Positions 35,413 through 45,357 of a stretch of DNA of 64,000 nt are shown here, in pieces (within the stretch, counting starts at the first letter, position 1; every line of letters begins with the position of its first letter). A program made the position numbers and the translations under genes. The notes below the pieces were generated by a model. That model did not search any database. It was given only the letters and a program-made list of their open reading frames with translations, and was not told where the DNA came from. The stretch comes from a phage, in sequence record PZ229304.1; one strand, written 5' to 3'.

Positions 35413-38187
35413 TTAGTTTACCAGTTTATTTATATCTGGTAAAAGATTTATTTCACCTAAAAAATCACCTTCACCTTCCTCTAACCAACTCTCATATGCT
35501 TGTGCATGATTATAGTTACCATCAAAAGAATCTGCAACAAATTTTTCTACAGTTTTTCGAGATGTGTCAGCGCCAAATACACCAAGTTTAATACCATTGA
35601 TCGGTAAAGTGGTACTTGTTGGTACTTTCTCTGTTGCAACACGGTTGATATCTATAATCTCCTGTACGGTTGTGTTCCATTGTAAGCATTTAACACAACG
35701 GGTATGCGCTACATACAGTAGGTTTCGCTCTGCCTCTTCCAGTCCTACCCATTCACCAGTCTTTTTATCATAGTTGGAAGGAAAATCATTAGCAACAATA
35801 ACCTGATCCCACTCCAAACCTTTAGACTTGTGTGCTGTAGTCAGTGTGACTTTTGCTGTAGGAGAATTTCTATGCGTTCTAAGTGTATGTGCTATAGTGT
35901 TTGCCTTACCAGAAACTACGATGTTTAACAAGCGTTTAGCATCTGGATCAGCCTCTGCACACTCAACAAATTCATTCCAGTCTGCGTAAGGTAATACAGT
36001 TTCATGTTTTACTTTCTCAATATCTCCTCTCCGAAGAGCATTAACACTATCTACCATAGAGATAAAATCCCTGGTATCTACGTTAATAATAATTTCTTCC
36101 CCATCTGCAATACGATCCATTGCCTCCATAAGCAAGGTTAAATTCTTGCGAAAGATGATAGTGTAAGGTTTTGTATAGTCTACAACATCTGATTTGTAGC
36201 TACCTACTACAGTATCAAAGCCTTTACCAACCAAAGGGTGACGCAAAGGTTCTTTATCGCTTAAAATCATATTGGCAATGTTTGCCACTTTGGGGCCAAA
36301 ACGGAAGCAAGCAGTTAATGGAAGCTCTGCTCCATACTTAGCTGTTTCAATCATCATATTAGAGCTACCTCTAAATTGATAAATGCAGTTGTGGCTAAGA
36401 ATTTCATTACCAAAGAAGTTAGCAGTATCCTCTACTTCAATATCATAATAGATACCTTCACTATCTACAATGTCCACAATTTCTTCTGCCGTTACAGTAT
36501 CACCATCTTTTACCAACACAGACATGCCTTTAAACAAACCCGCCGCCGGAATTAAAGTATATTTGGCGGTGTTCACAGAGGACATGCATTCTTTTAAAGA
36601 TGCAAACGGCACTATTTCAAGGATCTTTTGTGCAAAACTCAATGCTTCACGATAAGAATTGAAATATTTACGTACACGGTAACGACCTTCCAACTTAGCA
36701 ACACTTACGCTTACACCTGCTTCAATGAGTGAAGCATAGATTGACATTTCACTTTCTGTCCACTCAAAACTAACTTGTGTTCCTTTACAACCTTGTGCTC
36801 GCAAAGTCACTGTTAACATTTTTCTTTCATCTACTGCACAATTGATGCTGTGCCAATGTGGATAAGCAAAATGATAATCTTTATCCTCTAAAAGTTTAAA
36901 ACCGTTTTGTCCGAATTGTTCAAAAATGTTATTGATCCTTTCTTGATTAATGCCGCGTGAACTTGCTTCAAATACACAAGTAGGAATGCCATATTGTAAA
37001 CTGTATGCCATTTCTTTTTCCATAGCAGCTTCACGGTTTTCAACAATATCCAACACCCATAATTTCTGTGCTTTTTCAGAACGTGTACGTTGCCCCAGTT
37101 TAGAAAAACCTTCTTTATCATCGAATTTGTTAGTGATCCCTACTCGGAAACCTAAATCTTTCCTCCACATTAGGTATACCACCATCTGATCATCTTTCAG
37201 AACATAGGATGAAGCCCAAATACGATGGTTATGTGTCATATCTAAAGTTTTACCTGTGGCAGTAATAATATTCCTACCTTTTGTACGTGTAGATAAAGTC
37301 TTATTTGTTACTTTTCTAAATGTAATTTTACCATTAGAATAAGACTCTACCTTATCACCGATTTGTAGGTCTTTCATTGTAACCTGACCATTCTCGGTAT
37401 TAAGTACCGTGTTTTCCGACACACATTGGAATTCATCGCCCACTACCACAATTTGTTTTGCAGATTTAGCATTTCGCAGAATAGACAAGAATGCAGGGTT
37501 AACATCCTGGAATTCATCACCAAAAATAATGTCATAACCAAGGTCAGCACCTGATAATTCAAACAATTTTACATAGGTGTCATGCGTCATCAAAGTATCT
37601 GTGTTAGGATCGATGCGCTCTCGCCACAATTGTTTTGCATACTTAACTACTTCTGTAATTAGTTTGTGTTCGTTAATACCTTTTCTTTTAATATCTGCAA
37701 GATGTACACTAGGAAAATGTTTACGGCTGATAAAAGGATCATCCGAAAATTCAAACTTACCTACGGTTTGCTTGATCATTAAACCAATCATAGCACGAGT
37801 TAACAGTGTTTTCCCTCGTTTATCAATAAGATTATTAATCTTAAATTTCTTTGCTATCTCGCTACCTGTACCTGCAACGTTAACATACTGTCCTTCTGGT
37901 CGTGACAGTTTTGCACGTAAACGATGATCCAGGAATTGATAGCAAATAGAATGCAATGTACGGCATTCTACATTTAGTGGCATCTTACGTCGTGCTTCTT
38001 CTGCCATGCTTTTATTGAAAGCTAAGTAAAGAATGCGATCTTCTGTACTGTTAGCCAGCAAATAAAGTGTTGACGTTTTGCCTGATCCAGATTTAGCTTG
38101 GATAGTTAAAAAGCGATGGTCTGGAAAAGCCTCCTTAATAGCTGTTTGCTCTTCTGTTGGAGTGAAGCTCAACTCTTTCTTAGCCAT
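35413..38187 (-). CDS. Superfamily-1 DNA helicase (UvrD/Dda-like) interrupted by an intein
   Basis: Start set at MAKKEL (GAGAGG RBS); Walker A AKSGSGKTST, motif II FGDEFQD; motif III is split: VVVGDEFQ | C...346 aa...HN | CIYQFRGSS, which rejoins to VGDEFQCIYQFRGS. Confidence 0.8.
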   Translation of the reverse strand: MAKKELSFTPTEEQTAIKEAFPDHRFLTIQAKSGSGKTSTLYLLANSTEDRILYLAFNKSMAEEARRKMPLNVECRTLHSICYQFLDHRLRAKLSRPEGQYVNVAGTGSEIAKKFKINNLIDKRGKTLLTRAMIGLMIKQTVGKFEFSDDPFISRKHFPSVHLADIKRKGINEHKLITEVVKYAKQLWRERIDPNTDTLMTHDTYVKLFELSGADLGYDIIFGDEFQDVNPAFLSILRNAKSAKQIVVVGDEFQCVSENTVLNTENGQVTMKDLQIGDKVESYSNGKITFRKVTNKTLSTRTKGRNIITATGKTLDMTHNHRIWASSYVLKDDQMVVYLMWRKDLGFRVGITNKFDDKEGFSKLGQRTRSEKAQKLWVLDIVENREAAMEKEMAYSLQYGIPTCVFEASSRGINQERINNIFEQFGQNGFKLLEDKDYHFAYPHWHSINCAVDERKMLTVTLRAQGCKGTQVSFEWTESEMSIYASLIEAGVSVSVAKLEGRYRVRKYFNSYREALSFAQKILEIVPFASLKECMSSVNTAKYTLIPAAGLFKGMSVLVKDGDTVTAEEIVDIVDSEGIYYDIEVEDTANFFGNEILSHNCIYQFRGSSNMMIETAKYGAELPLTACFRFGPKVANIANMILSDKEPLRHPLVGKGFDTVVGSYKSDVVDYTKPYTIIFRKNLTLLMEAMDRIADGEEIIINVDTRDFISMVDSVNALRRGDIEKVKHETVLPYADWNEFVECAEADPDAKRLLNIVVSGKANTIAHTLRTHRNSPTAKVTLTTAHKSKGLEWDQVIVANDFPSNYDKKTGEWVGLEEAERNLLYVAHTRCVKCLQWNTTVQEIIDINRVATEKVPTSTTLPINGIKLGVFGADTSRKTVEKFVADSFDGNYNHAQAYESWLEEGEGDFLGEINLLPDINKLVN
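36388..37425 (-). mobile_element. Intein (about 346 aa, Cys1 ... His-Asn, +1 Cys) inserted in helicase motif III; size suggests an embedded homing-endonuclease domain
   Basis: N-terminal Cys directly after GDEFQ, block-B-like TxxH (DMTHNH), C-terminal ILSHN followed by extein Cys; excision restores a canonical helicase motif. Confidence 0.7.
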
Positions 38188-38188
38188 T

Positions 38189-38665
38189 TCAACCTCTCTT
38201 AATTTGTTTAACAAGCATAGGAACAAAGTCTCGTTTTAAAATTTGTTCAATAATATGATCAGGTAGCTGTTGGAAATTATAATTAAAAGCTACTGTCTCA
38301 CCTTTAGGTGTTTCTACCCGCACATATAACATGTTACGAAGTTTATCCACTTGTGCTGTATATTCTAAACCATGTAATTGATGCATTGCAAACATCAAAT
38401 CATCAGTTTCAGTTTGGAATCTATCCCTTCCCTGCATCAAGGACAAGGAAAAAGGTAGATTTTCCCTAAGAGCCACCTTCTTAGGCACTAGTGAAGGGAA
38501 ATACTCCCCAATAACTGCCTGTGTAAGCTGAATACACTCTTTTTCAAGCTGGTTTTGTTCCTTGAGTTCACAAACACTCTTTTGTAAAGTGTTAACCTCT
38601 TTTTGCAAAGCTGCTAGTTGAGCACTTAACTTTCTTTTTTGATTACGACCAAAACGTTTAGACAT
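38189..38665 (-). CDS. Hypothetical protein (coiled-coil N-terminus)
   Basis: 158-aa ORF. Confidence 0.4.
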   Translation of the reverse strand: MSKRFGRNQKRKLSAQLAALQKEVNTLQKSVCELKEQNQLEKECIQLTQAVIGEYFPSLVPKKVALRENLPFSLSLMQGRDRFQTETDDLMFAMHQLHGLEYTAQVDKLRNMLYVRVETPKGETVAFNYNFQQLPDHIIEQILKRDFVPMLVKQIKRG

Positions 38666-38673
38666 ATTTCCCC

Positions 38674-39189
38674 CTAGTAAAACCCTTTAACAATTTGTAT
38701 TAACTCGGCACAACGGTTGACCAACTTTTCATCGTACAATACACGTTGTGGCATATTTTGTATAATATACTCCATTTGCTCATGCCATGTCCACTTTTCT
38801 TTTTTGTCCGGGATAACATCACTAGCACGAGAATTATCTTTTAATGTTTGTATAATCCAATTACTTGGAAAGTGCTCTCCACCTTTCTTAAATGGTTTAT
38901 AGTGGCCTAGAGTGAATTGAGAATCCCCTGTTAGAGCACCCAATTTATTTAGATGGATAATCAAACTACGAAACACATAATATTCATAGATGTTATCCAC
39001 CGTATAGCAAGCATAATATTTCAAGATGCCCTTATCTCGCGGATACTTACCAACATCCAGATTGCACCAGTTGACATTTTCTGGGTCATAGTGGTGTTCC
39101 TTAAGCCATATTTCTCTTTCATCAAAGTCTGGATATATTACCGCCCTGCTTACAGAGTCAACAAGTTGAGATTGAGCATCAAAAAACAT
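38674..39189 (-). CDS. Hypothetical protein
   Basis: 171-aa ORF. Confidence 0.4.
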   Translation of the reverse strand: MFFDAQSQLVDSVSRAVIYPDFDEREIWLKEHHYDPENVNWCNLDVGKYPRDKGILKYYACYTVDNIYEYYVFRSLIIHLNKLGALTGDSQFTLGHYKPFKKGGEHFPSNWIIQTLKDNSRASDVIPDKKEKWTWHEQMEYIIQNMPQRVLYDEKLVNRCAELIQIVKGFY

Positions 39190-39210
39190 TATATTTTCCT
39201 TATTGGTTTG

Positions 39211-39651
39211 TTAAACGTTTTCTAAATCTTTTAAGGCATTACCCAACGTTAAAACAATAACATCGTTTGCTGCCTCTTCCCCATTGATATTGGTGAAATT
39301 TGGTGTGACAAAAGTAACCATATAAAACTCGTCCACCTGGAAGATAGCAATAACACCATCCATCTTAACATCTTGACGAAAGGAAAAACCAATCATCTTC
39401 TCTTGCAAAGGCATATCCCCTTCCTTCATTACCGCTAGGGAGTTTTCAGGAATGTTATATTTATCTGCTCCTATGTAGATGTACGTAATGTTATCTTTAT
39501 CGTGATGATACAGGGTTGCTTTTTCCATATCTAAACCTGACAAATCAAATACGTTAATTTCTTGTGTAGTCTTCATAAATATCCTCCCAAATCCAATAAT
39601 CATCTGTGTAAGTAGGATGCCTTTTATCCCACTCTGTTCTAGCCCAAGCAA
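39211..39651 (-). CDS. Hypothetical protein
   Basis: 146-aa ORF; true start may be internal because the 5' end overlaps the upstream gene. Confidence 0.35.
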   Translation of the reverse strand: MLGLEQSGIKGILLTQMIIGFGRIFMKTTQEINVFDLSGLDMEKATLYHHDKDNITYIYIGADKYNIPENSLAVMKEGDMPLQEKMIGFSFRQDVKMDGVIAIFQVDEFYMVTFVTPNFTNINGEEAANDVIVLTLGNALKDLENV

Positions 39652-39940
39652 CCGCTGCTACCAACACATCACCATGACAAGGTTGAGGTGAGCAGAAGCA
39701 AACTAAGTCTTTCCCTTCTAATTCTAACAAATCCTCAAGAGTGATTTTACCACAACGAATTTGTTCCCACAACCACTCTTTATATCTTTGTATAGTTGAT
39801 CCTCGTGGTTCGTCATCCTTTAACTTAAAAGGATTTGCAAACTTTGAGGCTTTTAACCCCATATGAGGCATAGCTCTGCCAATGTACACTGCACCTTCAG
39901 GTATTACTTTACCTAAGTGGTAAAAATTTAATACTTTCAT
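39554..39940 (-). CDS. DUF4326-like protein
   Basis: Start set at MKVLNF; pattern YIGR....NPF...........Y..WL.........LEGKDLVCFCSPQPCHGDVL recalls the DUF4326 family. Confidence 0.4.
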   Translation of the reverse strand: MKVLNFYHLGKVIPEGAVYIGRAMPHMGLKASKFANPFKLKDDEPRGSTIQRYKEWLWEQIRCGKITLEDLLELEGKDLVCFCSPQPCHGDVLVAAVAWARTEWDKRHPTYTDDYWIWEDIYEDYTRN

Positions 39941-39941
39941 A

Positions 39942-40292
39942 TTAACCCAAACACATCTGTGCAATCAAGCCCTGTATAAATTTATTAGCTTCTTTACTGT
40001 CGTAGTCAGTCTCTTCTGGATATCCATCTTCATCGTACACAACTGTACCTTCAATATACCCTGCCTCAATTAAGGCGCGGATCATATCAAATTGCCAGCA
40101 TGAGTTACCAAATGGACGTTTACCATTAAAACACTCTTCTTCTCTCCATAACGTAGAGAGTAGTTGTCGGAAATATTCCCGTACAGTGACAGTACCAAGA
40201 TCTGAATCCTCAAACATAACATCCAGGGCATCAGGATTGCTTTTCTCTACATAAGGAATATATTTAACACCATTAATAGTTACATCAAGCAT
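39942..40292 (-). CDS. Hypothetical protein
   Basis: 116-aa ORF. Confidence 0.4.
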   Translation of the reverse strand: MLDVTINGVKYIPYVEKSNPDALDVMFEDSDLGTVTVREYFRQLLSTLWREEECFNGKRPFGNSCWQFDMIRALIEAGYIEGTVVYDEDGYPEETDYDSKEANKFIQGLIAQMCLG

Positions 40293-40655
40293 TTATTTCT
40301 CCTTATCATCATATTCTAGGAACATATCTGCACGATATGCTTTACGCTCTTCAAACTTAGCAGGATCTACAACAATAAGCAATACAAGGTTAACATCTAA
40401 ATACTTCTTAACAAATAGAAATAAATCTTTTCCACAGTTAAAACCTATACCAGTATAGGCATCCCCATATTGATCTACTGATTTAATCTTCTTACTAACC
40501 GTACATTCTATGCTATTCTTTTCTTCTTGGTATAAGGCTTTCCCACCCCAATATGTAAAGAATTTAGTACCGTCAGCACCAAGTTTAAAACCCTCTGTTG
40601 CATGTCCCGCAAATGAAAGTAAACATAACCAAGTGATCATCAGGTACTTTAGCAT
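40293..40655 (-). CDS. Secreted hypothetical protein
   Basis: Start set at MLKYL; signal-peptide-like N-terminus MLKYLMITWLCLLSFAGHA. Confidence 0.4.
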   Translation of the reverse strand: MLKYLMITWLCLLSFAGHATEGFKLGADGTKFFTYWGGKALYQEEKNSIECTVSKKIKSVDQYGDAYTGIGFNCGKDLFLFVKKYLDVNLVLLIVVDPAKFEERKAYRADMFLEYDDKEK

Positions 40656-40656
40656 T

Positions 40657-41139
40657 TTAACCACCCAATTGCAAATGTTTAGAAAGAACAATATCCCACT
40701 GATCACCACAACCATTATCTATGCGGAACATAATGTACGTATCATCTTCTTCTACGACATACAATACCTCATAGGAATTACAACAACCTTCCCAATTTTT
40801 AACAGCCTCTGGTGTATCATGTGTAAAAATTTCATTACCATCATATGACCAAAACAAAGGGGTGAGGTTTTCGAACGTCAGTGAAGTAGGATTTACTTCA
40901 TCTTTAACTGCTTCCTCATATTCTTTATGCGTTTGTACTGCTTTAGTTAGTGTACTCATGTCTATCTCCTTTTCTCCTTCTTGACTATGGAGGATAGCAA
41001 ACTCTCTAAACTCCACTTCACGCCATGTTTTCAGGTAGTGCTTTATAATTTTATCAACATCTGCCTGTTCAACATTACTTTTCAAGCAATAGTAATCATG
41101 GTCTTCGCCCATTCTACCCCATATGCTATACATTGCCAT
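40657..41139 (-). CDS. Hypothetical protein
   Basis: 160-aa ORF. Confidence 0.4.
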   Translation of the reverse strand: MAMYSIWGRMGEDHDYYCLKSNVEQADVDKIIKHYLKTWREVEFREFAILHSQEGEKEIDMSTLTKAVQTHKEYEEAVKDEVNPTSLTFENLTPLFWSYDGNEIFTHDTPEAVKNWEGCCNSYEVLYVVEEDDTYIMFRIDNGCGDQWDIVLSKHLQLGG

Positions 41140-41407
41140 CTGATTGATCCTTTACATTGTTCTTGGCATACACAGGAATAACATCGTCGTGATCTTTATT
41201 ACTTTCATCTGTTAAAGCCCAAAACAATTTACCTGCTGGATGTTTAAAGATGTAGGCAATAGGTTCCTCTTCCTGTGCTTCTTTGCTACGGATACCATCC
41301 CGCCAGGCAAGCCAAGTGTAGATCATCACTTCTTGACGTTCTTCTTCGTTAGGCCACATATGTGGTGGAAAGTTTTTATCAAACCATTGCTTAAATTCTT
41401 CGGTCAT
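41126..41407 (-). CDS. Hypothetical protein
   Basis: 93-aa ORF. Confidence 0.4.
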   Translation of the reverse strand: MTEEFKQWFDKNFPPHMWPNEEERQEVMIYTWLAWRDGIRSKEAQEEEPIAYIFKHPAGKLFWALTDESNKDHDDVIPVYAKNNVKDQSDGNV

Positions 41408-41417
41408 AATCTACTCC

Positions 41418-41582
41418 TTAGCGTACAAAGTCAACTTCTGCTTCTTTCAGCTTTGACACTTCTACATAACCACCATGATCATCTTTAATCCATTCTTTTC
41501 CTTTACGGATGATAACAGGATATGTAGAGTGAGTAAGTTTAGGTACAGATCTTTTTGTTTTAGTGATAGAAATGTTTTGCAT
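41418..41582 (-). CDS. Small hypothetical protein (54 aa, below ORF-track cutoff)
   Basis: ATG preceded by AAGGAG at correct spacing; fills the otherwise uncalled gap 41408-41642. Confidence 0.3.
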   Translation of the reverse strand: MQNISITKTKRSVPKLTHSTYPVIIRKGKEWIKDDHGGYVEVSKLKEAEVDFVR

Positions 41583-41642
41583 AGTAGTCTCCTTAGTAAA
41601 TTTTACATAGAGTCTAGATTATTTAGTAGATAGAGTCAATAA

Positions 41643-41909
41643 CTAATTACTGTTAGATCTGTATTCTGTCTTCCATTCGCAATGGTAAACTTCAACAGGT
41701 TCTAACTTCCAATGTTCAGGAACTAATTCAGGACAATATCTACAAAAGAGAAATAGATAGATAACTAAGACAGGTATTAAATAGTAAAATGGTATACGAT
41801 CATAACCATACTTACGAGATAACATGTAGACATAGAGATAGGGTATAACAATTAATCCTATAACTATAAGTAAGAAGAGAAGTATAAACCTTAGTGTAGT
41901 AACATCCAT
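41643..41909 (-). CDS. Small membrane protein (hypothetical)
   Basis: 88 aa with hydrophobic N-terminal half. Confidence 0.3.
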   Translation of the reverse strand: MDVTTLRFILLFLLIVIGLIVIPYLYVYMLSRKYGYDRIPFYYLIPVLVIYLFLFCRYCPELVPEHWKLEPVEVYHCEWKTEYRSNSN

Positions 41910-42073
41910 AGTATTCTCCTATACAGTAATATACTCTGTTCCTGCCCCTCCATGAGTGACAGGAACAATATCTATAGAGAATACTAACTCGCTTCGCTCG
42001 TCACCTTTCAGGTTTAGGGTAGCATGTTTTTCTGAAAAAGTCAATACTCTCCACAAAACTTTACAAAATACTT

Positions 42074-42346
42074 TTACATAGGTACAACAGAGTCTGTTTT
42101 GAAGTCGTACATATGATTTACACCTGTGATTTTTGACATAGAGATTGCACGTTTAGCACCTGCAATTACCTGGTCTGTCTTCTTAATCTCTTCACGGAAC
42201 TTACGTACAGTTAAAGAGAAGAAACGATGATCCATCCATTGACGATTCACACGATCACGCTTGAAGTGACGGAAATCCTCAATCTGTTTATTGCGCAATC
42301 GGCGCAGTACATGCAATAGTTGATAGTAAGGGTGTTTATTTTTCAT
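42074..42346 (-). CDS. Hypothetical protein (basic)
   Basis: 90-aa ORF. Confidence 0.35.
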   Translation of the reverse strand: MKNKHPYYQLLHVLRRLRNKQIEDFRHFKRDRVNRQWMDHRFFSLTVRKFREEIKKTDQVIAGAKRAISMSKITGVNHMYDFKTDSVVPM

Positions 42347-42349
42347 AAA

Positions 42350-42778
42350 TTATTCTCCAAATCGAAAATCGTCAATATCATCAAACCATACACAATGGCG
42401 AGTCCTTTCTTTTTCTGTTGCAGACATTGTTTCAACAGCTTTAGGACTAAGCACAACAGGAATGTAACGAACAGGTCGTTCATAATAGTAGCCATACTTT
42501 TCTGTATTAGCTGCCTCAAAGACTTTACGGCGTTCTTCAAGATCTTCTATGGTGAATCCTACCATATAACCATCATGTTTGCTACCCCATCCTTCCTCAC
42601 TTTCAACAATCGGGATATAAAAGCCGTTACGCGTCCCTGACGCTGGTTCTTCTTGAGCCTGAAGGCAAGCCTCCCATCCTGCTTTAAAGACGTTATAGAG
42701 CGATTTACGCACGTTATGAGTGCCACTTTCGCTTGCTGGATAGAGTTCATTAAATTTGTCTTGAATTTGTTGTGTCAT
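42350..42778 (-). CDS. Hypothetical protein
   Basis: 142-aa ORF. Confidence 0.4.
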   Translation of the reverse strand: MTQQIQDKFNELYPASESGTHNVRKSLYNVFKAGWEACLQAQEEPASGTRNGFYIPIVESEEGWGSKHDGYMVGFTIEDLEERRKVFEAANTEKYGYYYERPVRYIPVVLSPKAVETMSATEKERTRHCVWFDDIDDFRFGE

Positions 42779-42921
42779 ACTCGCCCCTTAGTGATTATTT
42801 GACCAGCTAAACAAATAGCTTGTAGTACAATAAAGAAGTAGCCTAATTTTACACTACCTAATACCCAGAATGCAATGTTTGCAAACAAACAAAAAGCAAT
42901 ATTAAGTTTAAAGAATAACAT

Positions 42922-43188
42922 TTAATCCCCTTCATATTTAGGTAAAGGCATATATGCCACAATAGGAGGGTAATCAAAGTGAAAATGATGGTTCACCACA
43001 ATAATCTTACCAGACATACTTTTATGCACTTCACAATACCCTTTTCCACCATCTTCCATTACCACCACATACTCACCTAGTGGGATATCGTATGGATCTT
43101 CTACTTTTACCCATTCTGTCATTTTGTAAACTCCTCGTAGTAAGGTAAAGCCTTGATCAGTTGTTCTGAAGTGCCATTTTGCACCCAC
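42922..43188 (-). CDS. Hypothetical protein
   Basis: 88-aa ORF. Confidence 0.35.
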   Translation of the reverse strand: MGAKWHFRTTDQGFTLLRGVYKMTEWVKVEDPYDIPLGEYVVVMEDGGKGYCEVHKSMSGKIIVVNHHFHFDYPPIVAYMPLPKYEGD

Positions 43189-43286
43189 GTAACACCATTG
43201 TCAACAGAAACATACCCTTTTTTGTCAATAAATTTACGCAGACAGCCAGTGAACTTATTTTTGTAGATAACCATGTTTACTCCTTG

Positions 43287-43640
43287 TTACATCCACAGAT
43301 TATGAAAATACTTAGCGAACAAAATGCGACCTTCTAAACGATCTTGCCGCTGTTTTTCATTAACTTCTTCTGGTGGAGTTGAGTCCTTAAAAGAAGACTC
43401 CATTTTTTCAAGAATTTCTAACCAGTGTTCTGCTGCTCGTTCTTCCATATAAGGTAGATAGTCACCTTTAGCGTGTGGGTACATCCGACGAAGTAACCCA
43501 CTAGGAATTTTAACATTGTTTGTGGCTATCACTTTTGCACGATACGCAGAAAGTGCGTTGTAGATCAGTTTACTTAGTGTCACATCCAGATCAAGAAGAT
43601 CACTCTCTTCAAATTGAATTTCATCGTGTACAATTTTCAT
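43287..43640 (-). CDS. Hypothetical protein
   Basis: 117-aa ORF. Confidence 0.4.
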   Translation of the reverse strand: MKIVHDEIQFEESDLLDLDVTLSKLIYNALSAYRAKVIATNNVKIPSGLLRRMYPHAKGDYLPYMEERAAEHWLEILEKMESSFKDSTPPEEVNEKQRQDRLEGRILFAKYFHNLWM

Positions 43641-43924
43641 CGTGCCTTCTCCCGATCTGCATCTAATTTCAACAAGAAAGCTGTATACTCTTCCGAACCT
43701 TGGTGTAAAAACATGTGATAAGAGCTTACCAGTTTCTTCGTTGTCGTATAACGTTCCATTTCCCCAACAACACCTCCACCTAGTGTGTAGAGCACAATAC
43801 CTTCAACTCCAACATAGGTTACTACTTCAACCAAATCTGTGTTATCCCAATAGTAGTTAGGTGACACAATAAGATCGCCCACTGCCAGTTTAATGTTTGC
43901 TACTTCATCTTGTGAATAGTACAT
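43637..43924 (-). CDS. Hypothetical protein
   Basis: 95-aa ORF, 4-nt overlap. Confidence 0.35.
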   Translation of the reverse strand: MYYSQDEVANIKLAVGDLIVSPNYYWDNTDLVEVVTYVGVEGIVLYTLGGGVVGEMERYTTTKKLVSSYHMFLHQGSEEYTAFLLKLDADREKAR

Positions 43925-43936
43925 TTTGTTCTCCTC

Positions 43937-44227
43937 TCACATTAAGACACGTTTTGTATTGATGGGGGCATTGTCGAACATGTTTATCACTTTGTCAAGT
44001 TTGTGTATTAACTCGTTCGTAATGTTCCACTCTTTGTATGATCTCCATTGCTTCTTATTCTCACCTACCTGGTGTAAAACTTTTATTGGTGCATTCAAAC
44101 GTACATTGCGTTCTTTGTCCTCTTCAAAAGAGGCTAACCATTTTTCGTTATGTCCATGAACAGCAATAATAATGCCAAAACCATCAAAAGTTTCTGTAAT
44201 ATTCTTAGTTGCTAGTGTGATGTTCAT
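43937..44227 (-). CDS. Hypothetical protein
   Basis: 96-aa ORF; first gene of the minus-strand block. Confidence 0.35.
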   Translation of the reverse strand: MNITLATKNITETFDGFGIIIAVHGHNEKWLASFEEDKERNVRLNAPIKVLHQVGENKKQWRSYKEWNITNELIHKLDKVINMFDNAPINTKRVLM

Positions 44228-44286
44228 ATCTAACCTCTTTTGTTACGATGCACACAGAGTACCAGAAATTAATTTCAGATCAAGTA

Positions 44287-44315
44287 TTGACATACTGTTT
44301 TATTGTGCTAATCTT
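44287..44315 (+). promoter_or_regulatory. Sigma70-like promoter (TTGACA -35, weak -10) in the divergent region
   Basis: Exact TTGACA at 44287-44292; AT-rich -10 candidates 16-18 nt downstream; upstream of gene 44347..44898. Confidence 0.35.
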
Positions 44316-44346
44316 AATGCATACACAAATGAGAGGAGATAAACGA

Positions 44347-44898
44347 ATGCAAAACATCGATCTTACTTGGATAGAAGCCAAAGAAGCAATGTTAAAAGGT
44401 AAACGCGTTAAACATAAATACTTTTGCGAAGGAGAATGGTTTGAAATGCGTAACCGATCCCTTATAGATGAAAAAGGGAATGACATGCAACAATGGTTCA
44501 AAAATGAAATTTGGCAGGGAACAGGTTGGTCTGTAGTTGAAGAGCAGCCTAGCTCAAGCGCACTGTTTAGCCCTATTATGTATCGCGTTATCGGTGCTTT
44601 AGTTGTTGATCACGGGATTGCAGTGGAAAAAGAATGCTGGGAAGAGGTATCTTTTTTCAACCTGGCTTCTTATGCAAAAAGCCATATGCACTTGTTTGAA
44701 GAAGGGGATGAATTTGTTCTTCGTATGCGATATGGCAAAGAATTCAGATTACCACTTGATAACGATGTAGACACTGTTGTAAAATGGTTAGCAGAGCATT
44801 ACGCTTACGATGCAATTTGTGGTCGCAGCTTCGGCAACGAACGCTGGGACATGATTTGTGAAAAATATGATTTTGAGCCGGAGTACGGAGTTTTATAA
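44347..44898 (+). CDS. Hypothetical protein
   Basis: Start set at MQNIDLTW (GAGGAG RBS); in-frame within ORF 44248..44898. Confidence 0.4.
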   Translation: MQNIDLTWIEAKEAMLKGKRVKHKYFCEGEWFEMRNRSLIDEKGNDMQQWFKNEIWQGTGWSVVEEQPSSSALFSPIMYRVIGALVVDHGIAVEKECWEEVSFFNLASYAKSHMHLFEEGDEFVLRMRYGKEFRLPLDNDVDTVVKWLAEHYAYDAICGRSFGNERWDMICEKYDFEPEYGVL

Positions 44899-45149
44899 TG
44901 TTAAGTATCAAACCTAAAATGATAACAGAAGACGAAGCAGACTTTATTTTCAAATGTGGACGTGTATGGAGAGAATTCACAAAAGGAAATGAAGTGGTTG
45001 TTGTTGTCGAACACAAGATATCTATCCAGGATCTGTTTGGACAATATGTTGATGTTATTAAATTAGGTATTGACAAGGGTTTAGTTGAGGTGTTAACATT
45101 AGATCAAGTTGAAGCAGAGCACCTCGATAAAGTGGTGGTTGAATTTTAA
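44898..45149 (+). CDS. Hypothetical protein
   Basis: 83-aa ORF. Confidence 0.35.
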   Translation: MLSIKPKMITEDEADFIFKCGRVWREFTKGNEVVVVVEHKISIQDLFGQYVDVIKLGIDKGLVEVLTLDQVEAEHLDKVVVEF

Positions 45150-45169
45150 AATACAGACGGGAGAAAGGT

Positions 45170-45343
45170 ATGAGTTTCTTTGTTACAGTATTTATGGCTA
45201 TCTGGATTGTAGTCTCACTCGTTCTTTTCCTGGTGGGTTGTCTGGAAGAGATTAAGAAAGCGGTTATTTGCGGTTTCTTTGGCTTTATTATCTCTCCTGC
45301 CTGGATGTGGTTCTTCATTATGATTGGTTTCCTTAAAAGGTAA
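45170..45343 (+). CDS. Small membrane protein (57 aa, below ORF-track cutoff)
   Basis: ATG after GGGAGAAAGG; highly hydrophobic (MSFFVTVFMAIWIVVSLVLFLVG...). Confidence 0.3.
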   Translation: MSFFVTVFMAIWIVVSLVLFLVGCLEEIKKAVICGFFGFIISPAWMWFFIMIGFLKR

Positions 45344-45357
45344 GTGAGGAATAAAGA

